The notes beneath the pieces are model-generated. The model made no database searches, was not told where the DNA came from, and saw nothing but the letters and a program-made list of their open reading frames with translations. The position numbers and the translations under genes are program-made. A stretch of DNA of 62,974 bases, filler included, from Stramenopiles sp. TOSAG23-2 (lineage: Eukaryota): assembly GCA_900128395.1 (NCBI GenBank). It is 21 parts of 21 records of this genome, joined end to end, with 100 filler letters (N's around TTAATTAATTAA, not from the genome) between each part and the next. Parts side by side here need not be neighbours in the genome. Positions count along the whole stretch, not along the records: positions 31,073 to 34,069 come from LT651417.1; positions 34,170 to 37,164 come from LT651418.1; positions 37,265 to 40,258 come from LT651419.1; positions 40,359 to 43,351 come from LT651420.1; positions 43,452 to 46,443 come from LT651421.1; 16 more parts are not named here. The stretch is one strand, 5' to 3'. This document shows, piece by piece, positions 34,015-44,063 of this stretch (positions within the stretch are counted from its first letter, which is position 1; the number at the start of each line of letters is the position of its first letter).

Positions 34015-34069
34015 CTCTTGTTGGTCATTAATCACGATTGCTCACCCGCAAAATTGGATCGTAGGCCAT
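34015..34069 (-). repeat. Dispersed repeat family 1 copy (contig-terminal)
   Basis: Reverse complement reads ATGGCCTACGATCCAATTTTGCGGGTGAGCAATCGTGATTAATGACCAACAAGAG. Confidence 0.9.
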
Positions 34070-34170
34070 NNNNNNNNNNNNNNNNNNNNNNNNNNNNNNN
34101 NNNNNNNNNNNNNTTAATTAATTAANNNNNNNNNNNNNNNNNNNNNNNNNNNNNNNNNNNNNNNNNNNNA

Positions 34171-34341
34171 CGTTTACTTGGCAATATGTATCATTATGGT
34201 TATGGTATCAAAAAAGATTTAAAAAAGGCAAAAGAATGGTATGAAAAAGCTGCTAATGATGAATTTGAAGACGGGGAAGAGAAGAAAAAAGATGAAGAAG
34301 CTATTGAAATGCTTACACATGATGAATTTCAAAATTCATAA
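34171..34341 (+). CDS. C-terminus of a Sel1-repeat protein
   Basis: LGNMYHYGYGIKKDLKKAKEWYEKAA. Confidence 0.85.
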   Translation, partial: RLLGNMYHYGYGIKKDLKKAKEWYEKAANDEFEDGEEKKKDEEAIEMLTHDEFQNS

Positions 34342-34562
34342 AAAAAGAAAAATTAAAAAATGATAATGGACCAATAAATTTTAATCAATACATTATATTT
34401 AAGATTTCAGTGCATTTGATAGGATATTTTTACACTACCTGGTACGTTCGTATGATATTTGATGATGTGATAAAATAAAATGTTTTAAAAAAACACACAC
34501 AAAAAGTATGATAATCTCCACAATCCACAATCCCCGCCGTGTCCTCCTCTCTCTCTTTTCTC

Positions 34563-35783
34563 TTACGATATCACACAACAACTATTTGCAGCTTGTGTAA
34601 ACATGGTTTCTTCACCACCATCACCAGTACCATTAAATGCTTCTTGAAATCCCAATGGTAATGATTTCGTACCTTCCACTACTTTTGATATGGGTGTAAA
34701 TTTATTTAACTTCATTTCTTTCATAAATTGTTCAACCATTGGCATTGCTTTTCTTCGTTCTGCTTTTGATGCTTTTTTACCAACCCATACATATATTTCA
34801 ATTCCACCATCAACAATAAATACATCATTTGATTTTAATTGTGACATTTTTAAACTACCTTGTGATATTTTATTAAATTTTAATTTACCACTACTATCAC
34901 TGCAACGAAATAATGCTTTTGCACGTGGTTGAACACTTTCATCTGGAGGTCCATCTATTTGTATATCTTTCTCTGAACCTGCAATTGCATTAAAAAATTC
35001 ATCATTGCTTTCATTATTATCTAAATCATCTAATACTTCTAATGTTGGTTTGCCATTTCTATCACTACGTATTTCCGCACTTGTTTCCCTTGCTTTTTCT
35101 TTTTCCCACATTCCTGAATTTTTACCATTAAATTGAAATAATTTTAATCCTAAATCTAATATAAATACATCACCATGATTCATATTTTTCGCATGTGGTT
35201 CAATTTGCATTACACGGACATTTTTTAACTTTTTGCTTCCTTTGATCCAAAGTAAACGTGGTTTATATGTTTCAGGTGTAACATGATGAAATCCAGACTC
35301 TACACCACCACTTAATATGACAATTGGTTTTTTAAATAATTTCAAAAAATCTTTTCTTTCATATCCACCAATAACTCTATGTTCACTTGGTTCTCCACCT
35401 AATAATTCATCTAATTCTACTGTTTTATATGCTGCAACACCCAATTCATCTTGAGAGGAAGTAGGTCCAAGCCAATAATAGATATCGTGTTGAAGTTTAT
35501 TTTCGTTCTCTGGTGATTTCACAGTTGATAAAATAATAAAAGAATCTCCATCATAAAATGTCCCATAAAATTTCTTTGGCCATTTTTTAATACCAAATTT
35601 TGGTCCTGACATTGTTGTTGCCTTTTCATTTTCCACTCTCCATATTTCTAAACCAACTTTTTTACCAGCACCTTTAAATGCTTTTTCATGTTTCGCTGCT
35701 TCTAATTTAGCTTTATGATGTGCTTTTCCACCTGTATTTGAAATATTTGAATCTTGTAATTTAACTTGTCCCGGTGATGCCAT
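34563..35783 (-). CDS. Three-domain gelsolin/severin/fragmin-family actin-binding protein
   Basis: GLEIWRVEN, YGTFYDGDSFIIL, SSQDE.G.AAYKTVELD, NHGDVFILD, DVFIVD.G.EIYVWVGK. Confidence 0.93.
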   Translation of the reverse strand: MASPGQVKLQDSNISNTGGKAHHKAKLEAAKHEKAFKGAGKKVGLEIWRVENEKATTMSGPKFGIKKWPKKFYGTFYDGDSFIILSTVKSPENENKLQHDIYYWLGPTSSQDELGVAAYKTVELDELLGGEPSEHRVIGGYERKDFLKLFKKPIVILSGGVESGFHHVTPETYKPRLLWIKGSKKLKNVRVMQIEPHAKNMNHGDVFILDLGLKLFQFNGKNSGMWEKEKARETSAEIRSDRNGKPTLEVLDDLDNNESNDEFFNAIAGSEKDIQIDGPPDESVQPRAKALFRCSDSSGKLKFNKISQGSLKMSQLKSNDVFIVDGGIEIYVWVGKKASKAERRKAMPMVEQFMKEMKLNKFTPISKVVEGTKSLPLGFQEAFNGTGDGGEETMFTQAANSCCVIS

Positions 35784-36001
35784 GTTAATATATATCGGTT
35801 TTATTATATGTCTATTATTTATTTTTCTATGTTTAATTGTATTTATAGCTATGTTGTTATTATTATATGACGTATCTTTGCTTTCTTCTCCAGTTGTTAA
35901 CCTCCTCCTATTACTATATAATAATAAAGCGGTGATGAAGAAATGTAAATCCTACTGCGCTGGTAGAATATACATGTATATATGTTAAAAAACAATCGTT
36001 C

Positions 36002-36274
36002 ATGATGGCACTTTATCAATTACTAGCTGGAACAGTAACAGGGTATATTGGATTAATTTGTAGTCATAACTTTCGTCTTCGCTTTGATGAAGTATATAAA
36101 GGTTGGTGGGAATTTGATGAGCAAGCACAAAGATTAACACCAGGCATGTGGCTTTTTATCTCAATTTGTAATGGGTTTTTAAATGCCTTAGTCTGTTGGT
36201 ATTTTACTTTCCCAACATTACCGGTAACCCTTGCATTAGGCTGTTTAATGTTTTTAGTACCATTTATAAGTTGA
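36002..36274 (+). CDS. Small membrane protein (90 aa), function unknown
   Basis: ATG-started ORF divergent from the gelsolin gene, with 2-3 hydrophobic segments and coding-like composition. Confidence 0.55.
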   Translation: MMALYQLLAGTVTGYIGLICSHNFRLRFDEVYKGWWEFDEQAQRLTPGMWLFISICNGFLNALVCWYFTFPTLPVTLALGCLMFLVPFIS

Positions 36275-36381
36275 ACCTAAAAACTTGAAGATATTAGTAT
36301 AGTCCAAAATATATTGTAAAAATTAGAGTGTGCGTGTGTGTGAGACGAGATAAAAATATATTAACATTTTTATGTATTTTT

Positions 36382-37164
36382 TTACACAAAATAAAAACTA
36401 ATAATAATTGATATCTTAATATTTTTTACACAACATACACAACAAATCAAGAGCAATACACACAAGATACTACTTCTTTTCATCTTCTTCTTGTTCAATA
36501 TGATGATAAAATTCTAACAATTGCAATGCAGCTGCAAATGCACCTTTTGCTAAATTATCAACGACTAATGATAATGTAATATCATAAACACCATCATTTT
36601 CAACCCTTTATTATCAAGACCAGGATGATGTGATTTCGGTCTTGGACAACCACCATCACGTATACATTCCAACGGGATTTTTGGCACCGTTGGTAATGAA
36701 TAATTTTGCAATGGATGAAATTTTTCTAATGCACTATATACTTCATCAACATCATTTACAGCACAACCGGTTTTTACACGTACATCTATTAAATGTCCAC
36801 GTTGTACTGATACACGATATGCTTTGACAGAAACATTACCTATACGATTTCCTAATACAGCTTTTAATTCTTCACCTATTAATGCTTCTGTATGCTCTGT
36901 AACCCCTCCTAATGGATACACATTCCCAACTACTAAATCAGCTGGATATTTTGCATCACCACGTCCAGATAATGATTGCATTGTTGTGACACTAACATCA
37001 CCAAGACCTTTGAATGCATCTGATAATGCGCGCAAGACAACGGTGGTACCACAACATACGCAATTTGGCGATTTAACCATGATTCCTGGTACAATACCAG
37101 ATTTGACTTCTTGTAAAGCTTTTCTTTTTTCCAATAATGATTTTTTTAAGTCTTCATGGTACGT
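36382..37164 (-). pseudogene. asd: Aspartate-semialdehyde dehydrogenase C-terminal domain, frameshifted near 36604 (pseudogene or consensus error)
   Basis: SPNC, TTMQSLSGRG, NVYP, RVSVQRGH; the family C-terminus DNLAKGAFAAALQLLE lies in another frame. Confidence 0.7.
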
Positions 37165-37472
37165 NNNNNNNNNNNNNNNNNNNNNNNNNNNNNNNNNNNN
37201 NNNNNNNNTTAATTAATTAANNNNNNNNNNNNNNNNNNNNNNNNNNNNNNNNNNNNNNNNNNNNAAGTTAATAATTCCTGTATAAATAGTGTACATCGTA
37301 TACACTACTATCTATAATAGTCTGCGTCGTCATGTCAGATTCGTACCTTAACTGTATTTGAAATTCTGAGGAAACGCGGGCTCGCCTGGAAATCTCTTCT
37401 TCTGTTGTGGCAAATTTAAATTTATTATCCTAATACTAACAAAGAAACACCCACGATTTTCAACATATTATT

Positions 37473-37571
37473 TGAAGTAAAATTTGATAAAGTCCTTAAA
37501 CAATTAGTTATTTTTATTTTAGCTTACATAGCGTTGCAGTATAATTAAGGACTTTATCAAATTTTACTTCA
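37473..37571. repeat. Perfect 27-bp inverted repeat with a 45-nt spacer (MITE-like or hairpin)
   Basis: TGAAGTAAAATTTGATAAAGTCCTTAA (37473-37499) and its exact reverse complement (37545-37571). Confidence 0.9.
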
Positions 37572-37928
37572 GCTATATGGATGACGACAAGAGTAAAGAG
37601 CTTTGCCAGCCCGCCAGGAACGAACGAAAAAATAATAATAAAAAAAAATAGAAAAAGAATAAAGCACAAAGAAAGAAGACAAATTAAATTAATCCAGGAA
37701 ATCCATCACTTACGAATAATACATTTTATTATTAATAGGGGGCTTTAGCTAATCGTTCTAAAAGAGACATGTGCATGTAGTCATTGCCTTTTGTGTTGTA
37801 TAATATTTTATCGTTTGATTTATTTCGTTTTATTTTATTTTCTTATTATTATTATTGTATATTTTATCTTCATTTCTTTGTGTGTTTGATTGATTAATAT
37901 ATAAAACATATTTAATAATTATTGAAAA

Positions 37929-40067
37929 ATGGCAGAAGATGACGATTTAAATAATGTTGTAGAAGCATGGTTGTCAAAGGAAAGAAATACTAGGGTGGAA
38001 AATATTAATAGAAGCATGGTGATAAATAATAACAATGATGTTGATAATCGTATTGTAAATAATAATAATAATAATAATGCAAACAATTATAATTATGATG
38101 ATAATGTCAATAATAATGAAAATTCATATGCACAAAGTGAAAGTTCATCTTATATGGGTTCACCAACAAATTCAAGACTATCTTCACCCAGTTCAAAACT
38201 TGGTATTAATACTGCTAACTTTTACAATAATGTGAATAATATCCAGTCGCCATCATCAACAGGAGGAGGAACTTCGCCACGGGTGGCATTTAGTAGAAGT
38301 AGGAAAGTTGAAGCAATCTTGGAAGATATATTAGAAAATCAACGTAAAATACGATCATTAGAGCTGAAGTTGACACGTTGTATATCTAATGTAGATACGC
38401 AAGAAGAAACATGTTCACGCCTATCGCGTGATTTTCTAATGGAACGACAAAAAAATTCCAATAATACTCTTGAACATAATAATTTATCGCATCAACTAGA
38501 AATCTTTAGGAAACGTGCTGAAAATTTAGATGTATTAGCACAACAATGTGTAAATCGTCGAGAGGTAGACCAAATCACAAAAGCATTGATTCATCCATTA
38601 CGTTCGGAAATTCAAATGCAATTGGAAAATATTGGTAGGCAATTTTCACTTCATACAAAACGAATGGATAGTATACTAAAAAATGTAAATCGTTTGCAAA
38701 ATATGAACGACTCAGTAAATGCACGTGTAAGCGCTGTTGTCAAACAACAAATGTCATCTAATAGAGAAGTTAAACGTAATCTAAATCGACGCTTGACAAA
38801 GTTATCATTAGAAAATGGTTTGGATAATGATAATAACAATAATAAATTAAGTGATCATGTATGGAGACAAATAAATGAACATGTGGAAGCACAAAGTATA
38901 AAATCCCAACGTCATATGGAAACTGTCATTGATAATCGTTTACGATTACTACAGTCGGGCAATGGTAATAATATTTCTTCTTCTGCAAATACCAATACTG
39001 TTCAATCATTGACTTCAGATAAATCTATGAATGACATTCAAATGCGAGTGCAGGAATGTTATGCAAATATATTAAGATTAGGTGGGCAATTCACTCAGGA
39101 AAAAGAACGACAAAAATTAATTCTTCAATCTATTAAAAGTGATTTAAAAAGTTTTATACGTGAAGTATTGTCTGATCCTGGACAAATGGACAGAATCATA
39201 AATCGTTCACCAAATATAGTTGACGAGAAAAAAGAATCTAAACCTGCCGTGGATGAAGCAACAAATAGTAATTTGACAAGAATTGCTCGTGCTGCTGCAG
39301 CAGCTGAAGTCAAATCAATGGTAAAACGTTTAAATAGCGCTGAGGAGGAAATAGATACATTGAAAGATGTAATCAAATCGTTAAAGTCAAAGATAATGTC
39401 CATGGAAGATACTAACAATGACATCAGTAATAATAATAGTAACAAGGATATGATTCGAAAAAATGAAAATTATACAAAAAGTAGACTTGATTCATCTATT
39501 TCAAAAGAAAAAAATAGAAATATTAAACCTGCTACGATTGTAAATCAAGTGTCACAAAAAATAAATAATGGTATAAATAATAACAGCGCGATGATTTCAA
39601 ATTTGTCAAGTAATAATGATCAAGCCAAGGCAAAAGAACAAATAGACAATCAGCTACTGGTATCACAAGTAATTAATGAGAAGGATATACCTCCCCCACC
39701 ACCACCAGATGATGATGAAGATGAGGAGGACGATGAAGAAGATGATATTGATAACAGTGTTGAAAAAAAATATATTCCATCACATCCAGATTTATCAAGC
39801 CTACCTGCGATACATTGGACATGGAAAAATGTAAAAGCATGGCTTGAAGTTGTTGTAAATGCAAATAATGATGTTATTGCCATATTTGAAAAGCTTGATG
39901 TCATTGGTGTTTTATTATTAGAAATAGAAAAAGATGATTTAATAAATGATGCAGATATGAAAGTAGATGATGTTTCAGAGCGTGAGAAACTTTGGAAAGA
40001 AATTTATAAATTACGAAGAGCTGAAGGTGCATTAAATGATAGTAGTGACTATGATGATGATTTTTAA
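37929..40067 (+). CDS. Long coiled-coil protein with a poly-Pro/acidic linker and a C-terminal SAM domain
   Basis: Heptad-rich middle; WTWKNVKAWL...F....V.GVLLL.I...DL...REKL..EI..LR. Confidence 0.85.
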   Translation: MAEDDDLNNVVEAWLSKERNTRVENINRSMVINNNNDVDNRIVNNNNNNNANNYNYDDNVNNNENSYAQSESSSYMGSPTNSRLSSPSSKLGINTANFYNNVNNIQSPSSTGGGTSPRVAFSRSRKVEAILEDILENQRKIRSLELKLTRCISNVDTQEETCSRLSRDFLMERQKNSNNTLEHNNLSHQLEIFRKRAENLDVLAQQCVNRREVDQITKALIHPLRSEIQMQLENIGRQFSLHTKRMDSILKNVNRLQNMNDSVNARVSAVVKQQMSSNREVKRNLNRRLTKLSLENGLDNDNNNNKLSDHVWRQINEHVEAQSIKSQRHMETVIDNRLRLLQSGNGNNISSSANTNTVQSLTSDKSMNDIQMRVQECYANILRLGGQFTQEKERQKLILQSIKSDLKSFIREVLSDPGQMDRIINRSPNIVDEKKESKPAVDEATNSNLTRIARAAAAAEVKSMVKRLNSAEEEIDTLKDVIKSLKSKIMSMEDTNNDISNNNSNKDMIRKNENYTKSRLDSSISKEKNRNIKPATIVNQVSQKINNGINNNSAMISNLSSNNDQAKAKEQIDNQLLVSQVINEKDIPPPPPPDDDEDEEDDEEDDIDNSVEKKYIPSHPDLSSLPAIHWTWKNVKAWLEVVVNANNDVIAIFEKLDVIGVLLLEIEKDDLINDADMKVDDVSEREKLWKEIYKLRRAEGALNDSSDYDDDF

Positions 40068-40152
40068 AAAAAATAAAAAAAAATACGCGCGTAAAAAAAT
40101 ATATCATGTACTTTCGTAAAATATATTATAATATACACTGTATTACTCTTTT

Positions 40153-40258
40153 TAATTTAATTTACGCATAATTTATTGTTTTAATTTACTCAATGATATA
40201 ATTCCTACTCTTCAAAAGAATACAATAACTGAAATAATCTATCTCACACTAATGTGTT
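40153..40258 (-). repeat. Dispersed repeat family 2 copy (contig-terminal)
   Basis: Reverse complement matches 18663-18763. Confidence 0.85.
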
Positions 40259-41162
40259 NNNNNNNNNNNNNNNNNNNNNNNNNNNNNNNNNNNNNNNNNN
40301 NNTTAATTAATTAANNNNNNNNNNNNNNNNNNNNNNNNNNNNNNNNNNNNNNNNNNNNAATCTTTATCCACCCTTTGATGTGTATACACACAGTTATATA
40401 TTTTATACAATATAGATTTAAAGCTACAGAGTCTAATATAATAATTTATACTTTTTATACTATATTTATTTTAATACTGTTTTCCTTAAATATTTCTTTC
40501 TTCCAAGTCTCTTCTTTGTTATCTTGAAACGTTAACACCCCTACACATCAGGGCAGGGAATTAAAATATAGCATCATTGAAATAGAATCAGCTATAATAC
40601 CTTAATCTTAATAATTGACTTCCGCGTAGCCGTCGTGTTTTACCACCAGTGGTAGTTTGCTGATGATTTTTTATATTTTTTACGTGTATATTTTTTAGTG
40701 ATTTTTTGAATGCATCAACGAATGTCGCACTTACGATGTCCACATTATAAAAAACTTCAACATTTTTTAGTATAACTAAGAATGAGGGAGATAAAGGTTT
40801 ATTTATATTAATACCAAACTTTTGTTGTTATTAGTGTTGTGTGCATGCTATAGAGCTAGAGTTTATAGACGACATGTGTAAAATAAACATTTATGATAGC
40901 ACCATACACAACAGGAATTAAAAATTACAAACACACACACATCACATACACATTTCTTCACACAATGGTTGTACATATATAATAGAGAGGAGATATACAT
41001 ACATGTACACATACAACTAAAGACCTACAAAAAGAAATTTGTTTTTTCATACGTCGTACATCGTACATACATATATATATAATATAAAAAGATTGAAATT
41101 ATAATAATTATTATTATTTTATTAATATATGGATTTTAAAAAAAAATTACACTATTTATGAT

Positions 41163-41633
41163 TTGTATTTCATTTTAAAGAGACAACCAATTGATCACGA
41201 TATTAATGTTTTACGTACTACACCAATTGTTTCAACAAAAAAGGCAAATGGTCGAATGATGTGTTATGCTAAGAGTGCAAAGGATGGATTATGGTATTTC
41301 TTAGATGTTTGTGAAGAAGGTCCGAGATGTTGTACATCACTTGATAATGCTTCACGTGTTTCTTCAATGTCTGTGGAAACTCTTGTTTACATTCGTCGTG
41401 ACTGTATTGATACTTATATTTCTGTTCCAGAAAATGAGAATAATGCTTAAAATTTAATTCCACCACCAAATGAACAATGGACCATGTATAACCAGCAACA
41501 AGCACAGCAACAAGCTACTGCTAATCAACAGCAAATGCAGGAAACAGGTGTTGATGATTTTGAAACAGAATTAATGAACATTGGTAGTCCAATTTCCTCA
41601 ACATCAACATTAACAACTCCAACACATGATTGA
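41163..41633 (+). pseudogene. Disrupted coding remnant; the 5' part resembles a USP His-box region lacking the catalytic His
   Basis: G..MCYAK...DGLWYFLD...LVYIRR, then an in-frame TAA (41448) and a 2-nt shift into QQQAQQQ...VDDFETELMNIGSP. Confidence 0.4.
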
Positions 41634-41978
41634 TTTTTAATGTTGGCATGACAAGGCAGCCAATTTTTTTTACAAATGGTATGCTTTTATACAGTATTTT
41701 ACAAGAGGTGTGCAATTATATAGCCGAAGTATCTTGTATTATTGAGAGTATAATTTTGAGAGTATTGATATATATTCAATATATATAATATATGGAGTTT
41801 ATGTGAGATTTAAAATAATTTTTTTATACACATATGTATTTTAATTTTACAATATAATCAAAATTAATAAAATATTATGGAATCAATTTTAGAAAAACGA
41901 GATAATTTTAATTTTACTCTAGATTTAATACCTCACTAATAAGATCATACACACACCGTGGGCACCATTTTTGTTTTT

Positions 41979-43351
41979 TTATTCATCGTCATCATCACTA
42001 CCAGGTGGTGGTGCCAACAAATCAAATACACTATTATGAGCTTGCGAAGGACCCATGTCTATCTCCTCAAGCTCGCCATTCATTTCGTTTTCATTTGTTT
42101 CTGGTTTTTTCGGAGAATCCATCTTTGGAGAACTCACAAAAGTATCTGCTACGGAATCTAGAAATCCTGCAGTTGTCTTAATTTCCATGTCTTTCTTATC
42201 TTCTTCATCATTCGCGTCGTCATCCTCATCCTCATCACCTGACGGTGGTGCCAATAAATCAAATGCAGATCGTGCAGGTGCTTTCACAGCATCAAGTGGG
42301 CTCAATGCCGTTTGTATTGTCTCGTCTTTTTCTGCATTCTCTTCTTTCACTGGAGTTTTTACTTCTTCTAATTTTTCTGGTGTTGTTGATGCAGATGTTG
42401 ATATTGCATTACTATTCTGATTTTCATCTTCACTGCCACTACTAGAATTGCTTTCACCACCATCTTTAGAGGGAACTGGTATTATTACATTTACTTCACT
42501 TTCATTACATAATGATAAAGAATAATCCAATACACCATTTATTTTTTCAAAAGTGCAACGTTCTACGGGATCATCTAACCAACATTTTTCCAACAAAGCT
42601 TTCACGCCATTAAAACCTGGGGCATCTTCAGACACTAATACATTAATGTCTGGCCTTTCTTTATTTGCTAGTTTCTTTAAAACATCAATATTCTTCACCA
42701 TTTTCCAAGGTTGGACACGATGTAACACCTCGTATACACACATACCAAACCCATATGCGTCCGTGTAGGTTGTAAATTCTTTATCATCATCGCTCTCGAC
42801 TACCACTTCAGGGGCATCCCAATGTAATTTTCGACCAGCCAACTCGACGTCTTTAACGGGTCTATGTAAACCCATGTCCGAAACTTTTAACACATATTTG
42901 CCGTCATCTACCGATTGCATCATAAAACTATGCGTTGCTACACCACCATGAATTACACCTTTATCGTGCAAAAAACGAATGCCATTGGCAGCTTGGGACA
43001 ACCAATTTACGGCATCGGCCCATTCAATTGGCTTTAATTTTCGAGATGCTTTTTTCTTATTTGTTAGATATAAATGATCTCGAAAAGAACCGGAGTCCAT
43101 AAAATTAACTACAACTGAGGATGGATGTGGAACTATTCCCAGGAATGGTAACACATTTGGATGTCGGCTCTCATCCAAATTTATCAATCTAAAAATTTCA
43201 CGACAACCTTCTAAACAAGCTTCTTCGACGTATTTCACAACGACATCCATCGTTTTCCATGTTGCTGTTTTTGATTTATGACCAAAATTGCTTGGTGTAC
43301 TATTCTTAAATGATAATTCTTCGTCCGTTATATATACAATACGATCCTTCG
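41979..43351 (-). CDS. TKL-like pseudokinase with an acidic tail; 5' truncated
   Basis: HPNVL.F.G, A.G..FLH...IH, LKVSDMGL, W.APE, D.Y.FG...YE, CW..DP.ER.TF; HRD replaced by HGG. Confidence 0.88.
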
Positions 43352-43451
43352 NNNNNNNNNNNNNNNNNNNNNNNNNNNNNNNNNNNNNNNNNNNNTTAAT
43401 TAATTAANNNNNNNNNNNNNNNNNNNNNNNNNNNNNNNNNNNNNNNNNNNN

Positions 43452-43894
43452 TGTTACCGAGTATTTTGGGGAAAGATCAGTTACCAAGTATACTATATTT
43501 ATTGCTAGACGGTAATAAAATCCCACAAAATGGTGGGACAAACATTGAGACTTTATCTTCAAATCTTGCTTCTCTTGGTTTAGCAAGATGTGGATTGAAA
43601 ATATTACCATCATATTTAACAGACTTTAAATATTTGAAAAATTTAGATGCTCGAGATAACAATATAACCGAGGTTCCAAAAGAAGTTACAAATTGGATCA
43701 AAGATAGAGGGATTGAGGCATATTTTTCAGGGAACAAATTGCTGTGTGAAAATGATGCAGAAAATTATGGTAAATATTGTGAAGAAATATGTAGTAAATA
43801 TTGTTGGTCGAAGGATGGTAATAAGGATAATTCTTGTAATCCAGATTGTAATTCTAAAGAGTGTGATTATGATGGGGGGGAATGTGAGTTTTAA
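43452..43894 (+). CDS. C-terminus of the LRR/LNR-like protein (copy 2, protein-identical to 9337-9779)
   Basis: Same translation as copy 1. Confidence 0.8.
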
Positions 43895-44063
43895 AAAAAA
43901 ACGAAAGTAACTCTAGAAACGGGAAGTATTTTTTATTATTATTTTTACGAAGAAGTACATATGTCATATATAATATATATGTATCATACGAGTAGTATGC
44001 ATAATTATTGTTTTATGATAGAGTATAATGTTTCCCCCTATCATATTCATAAGCACATTACTA

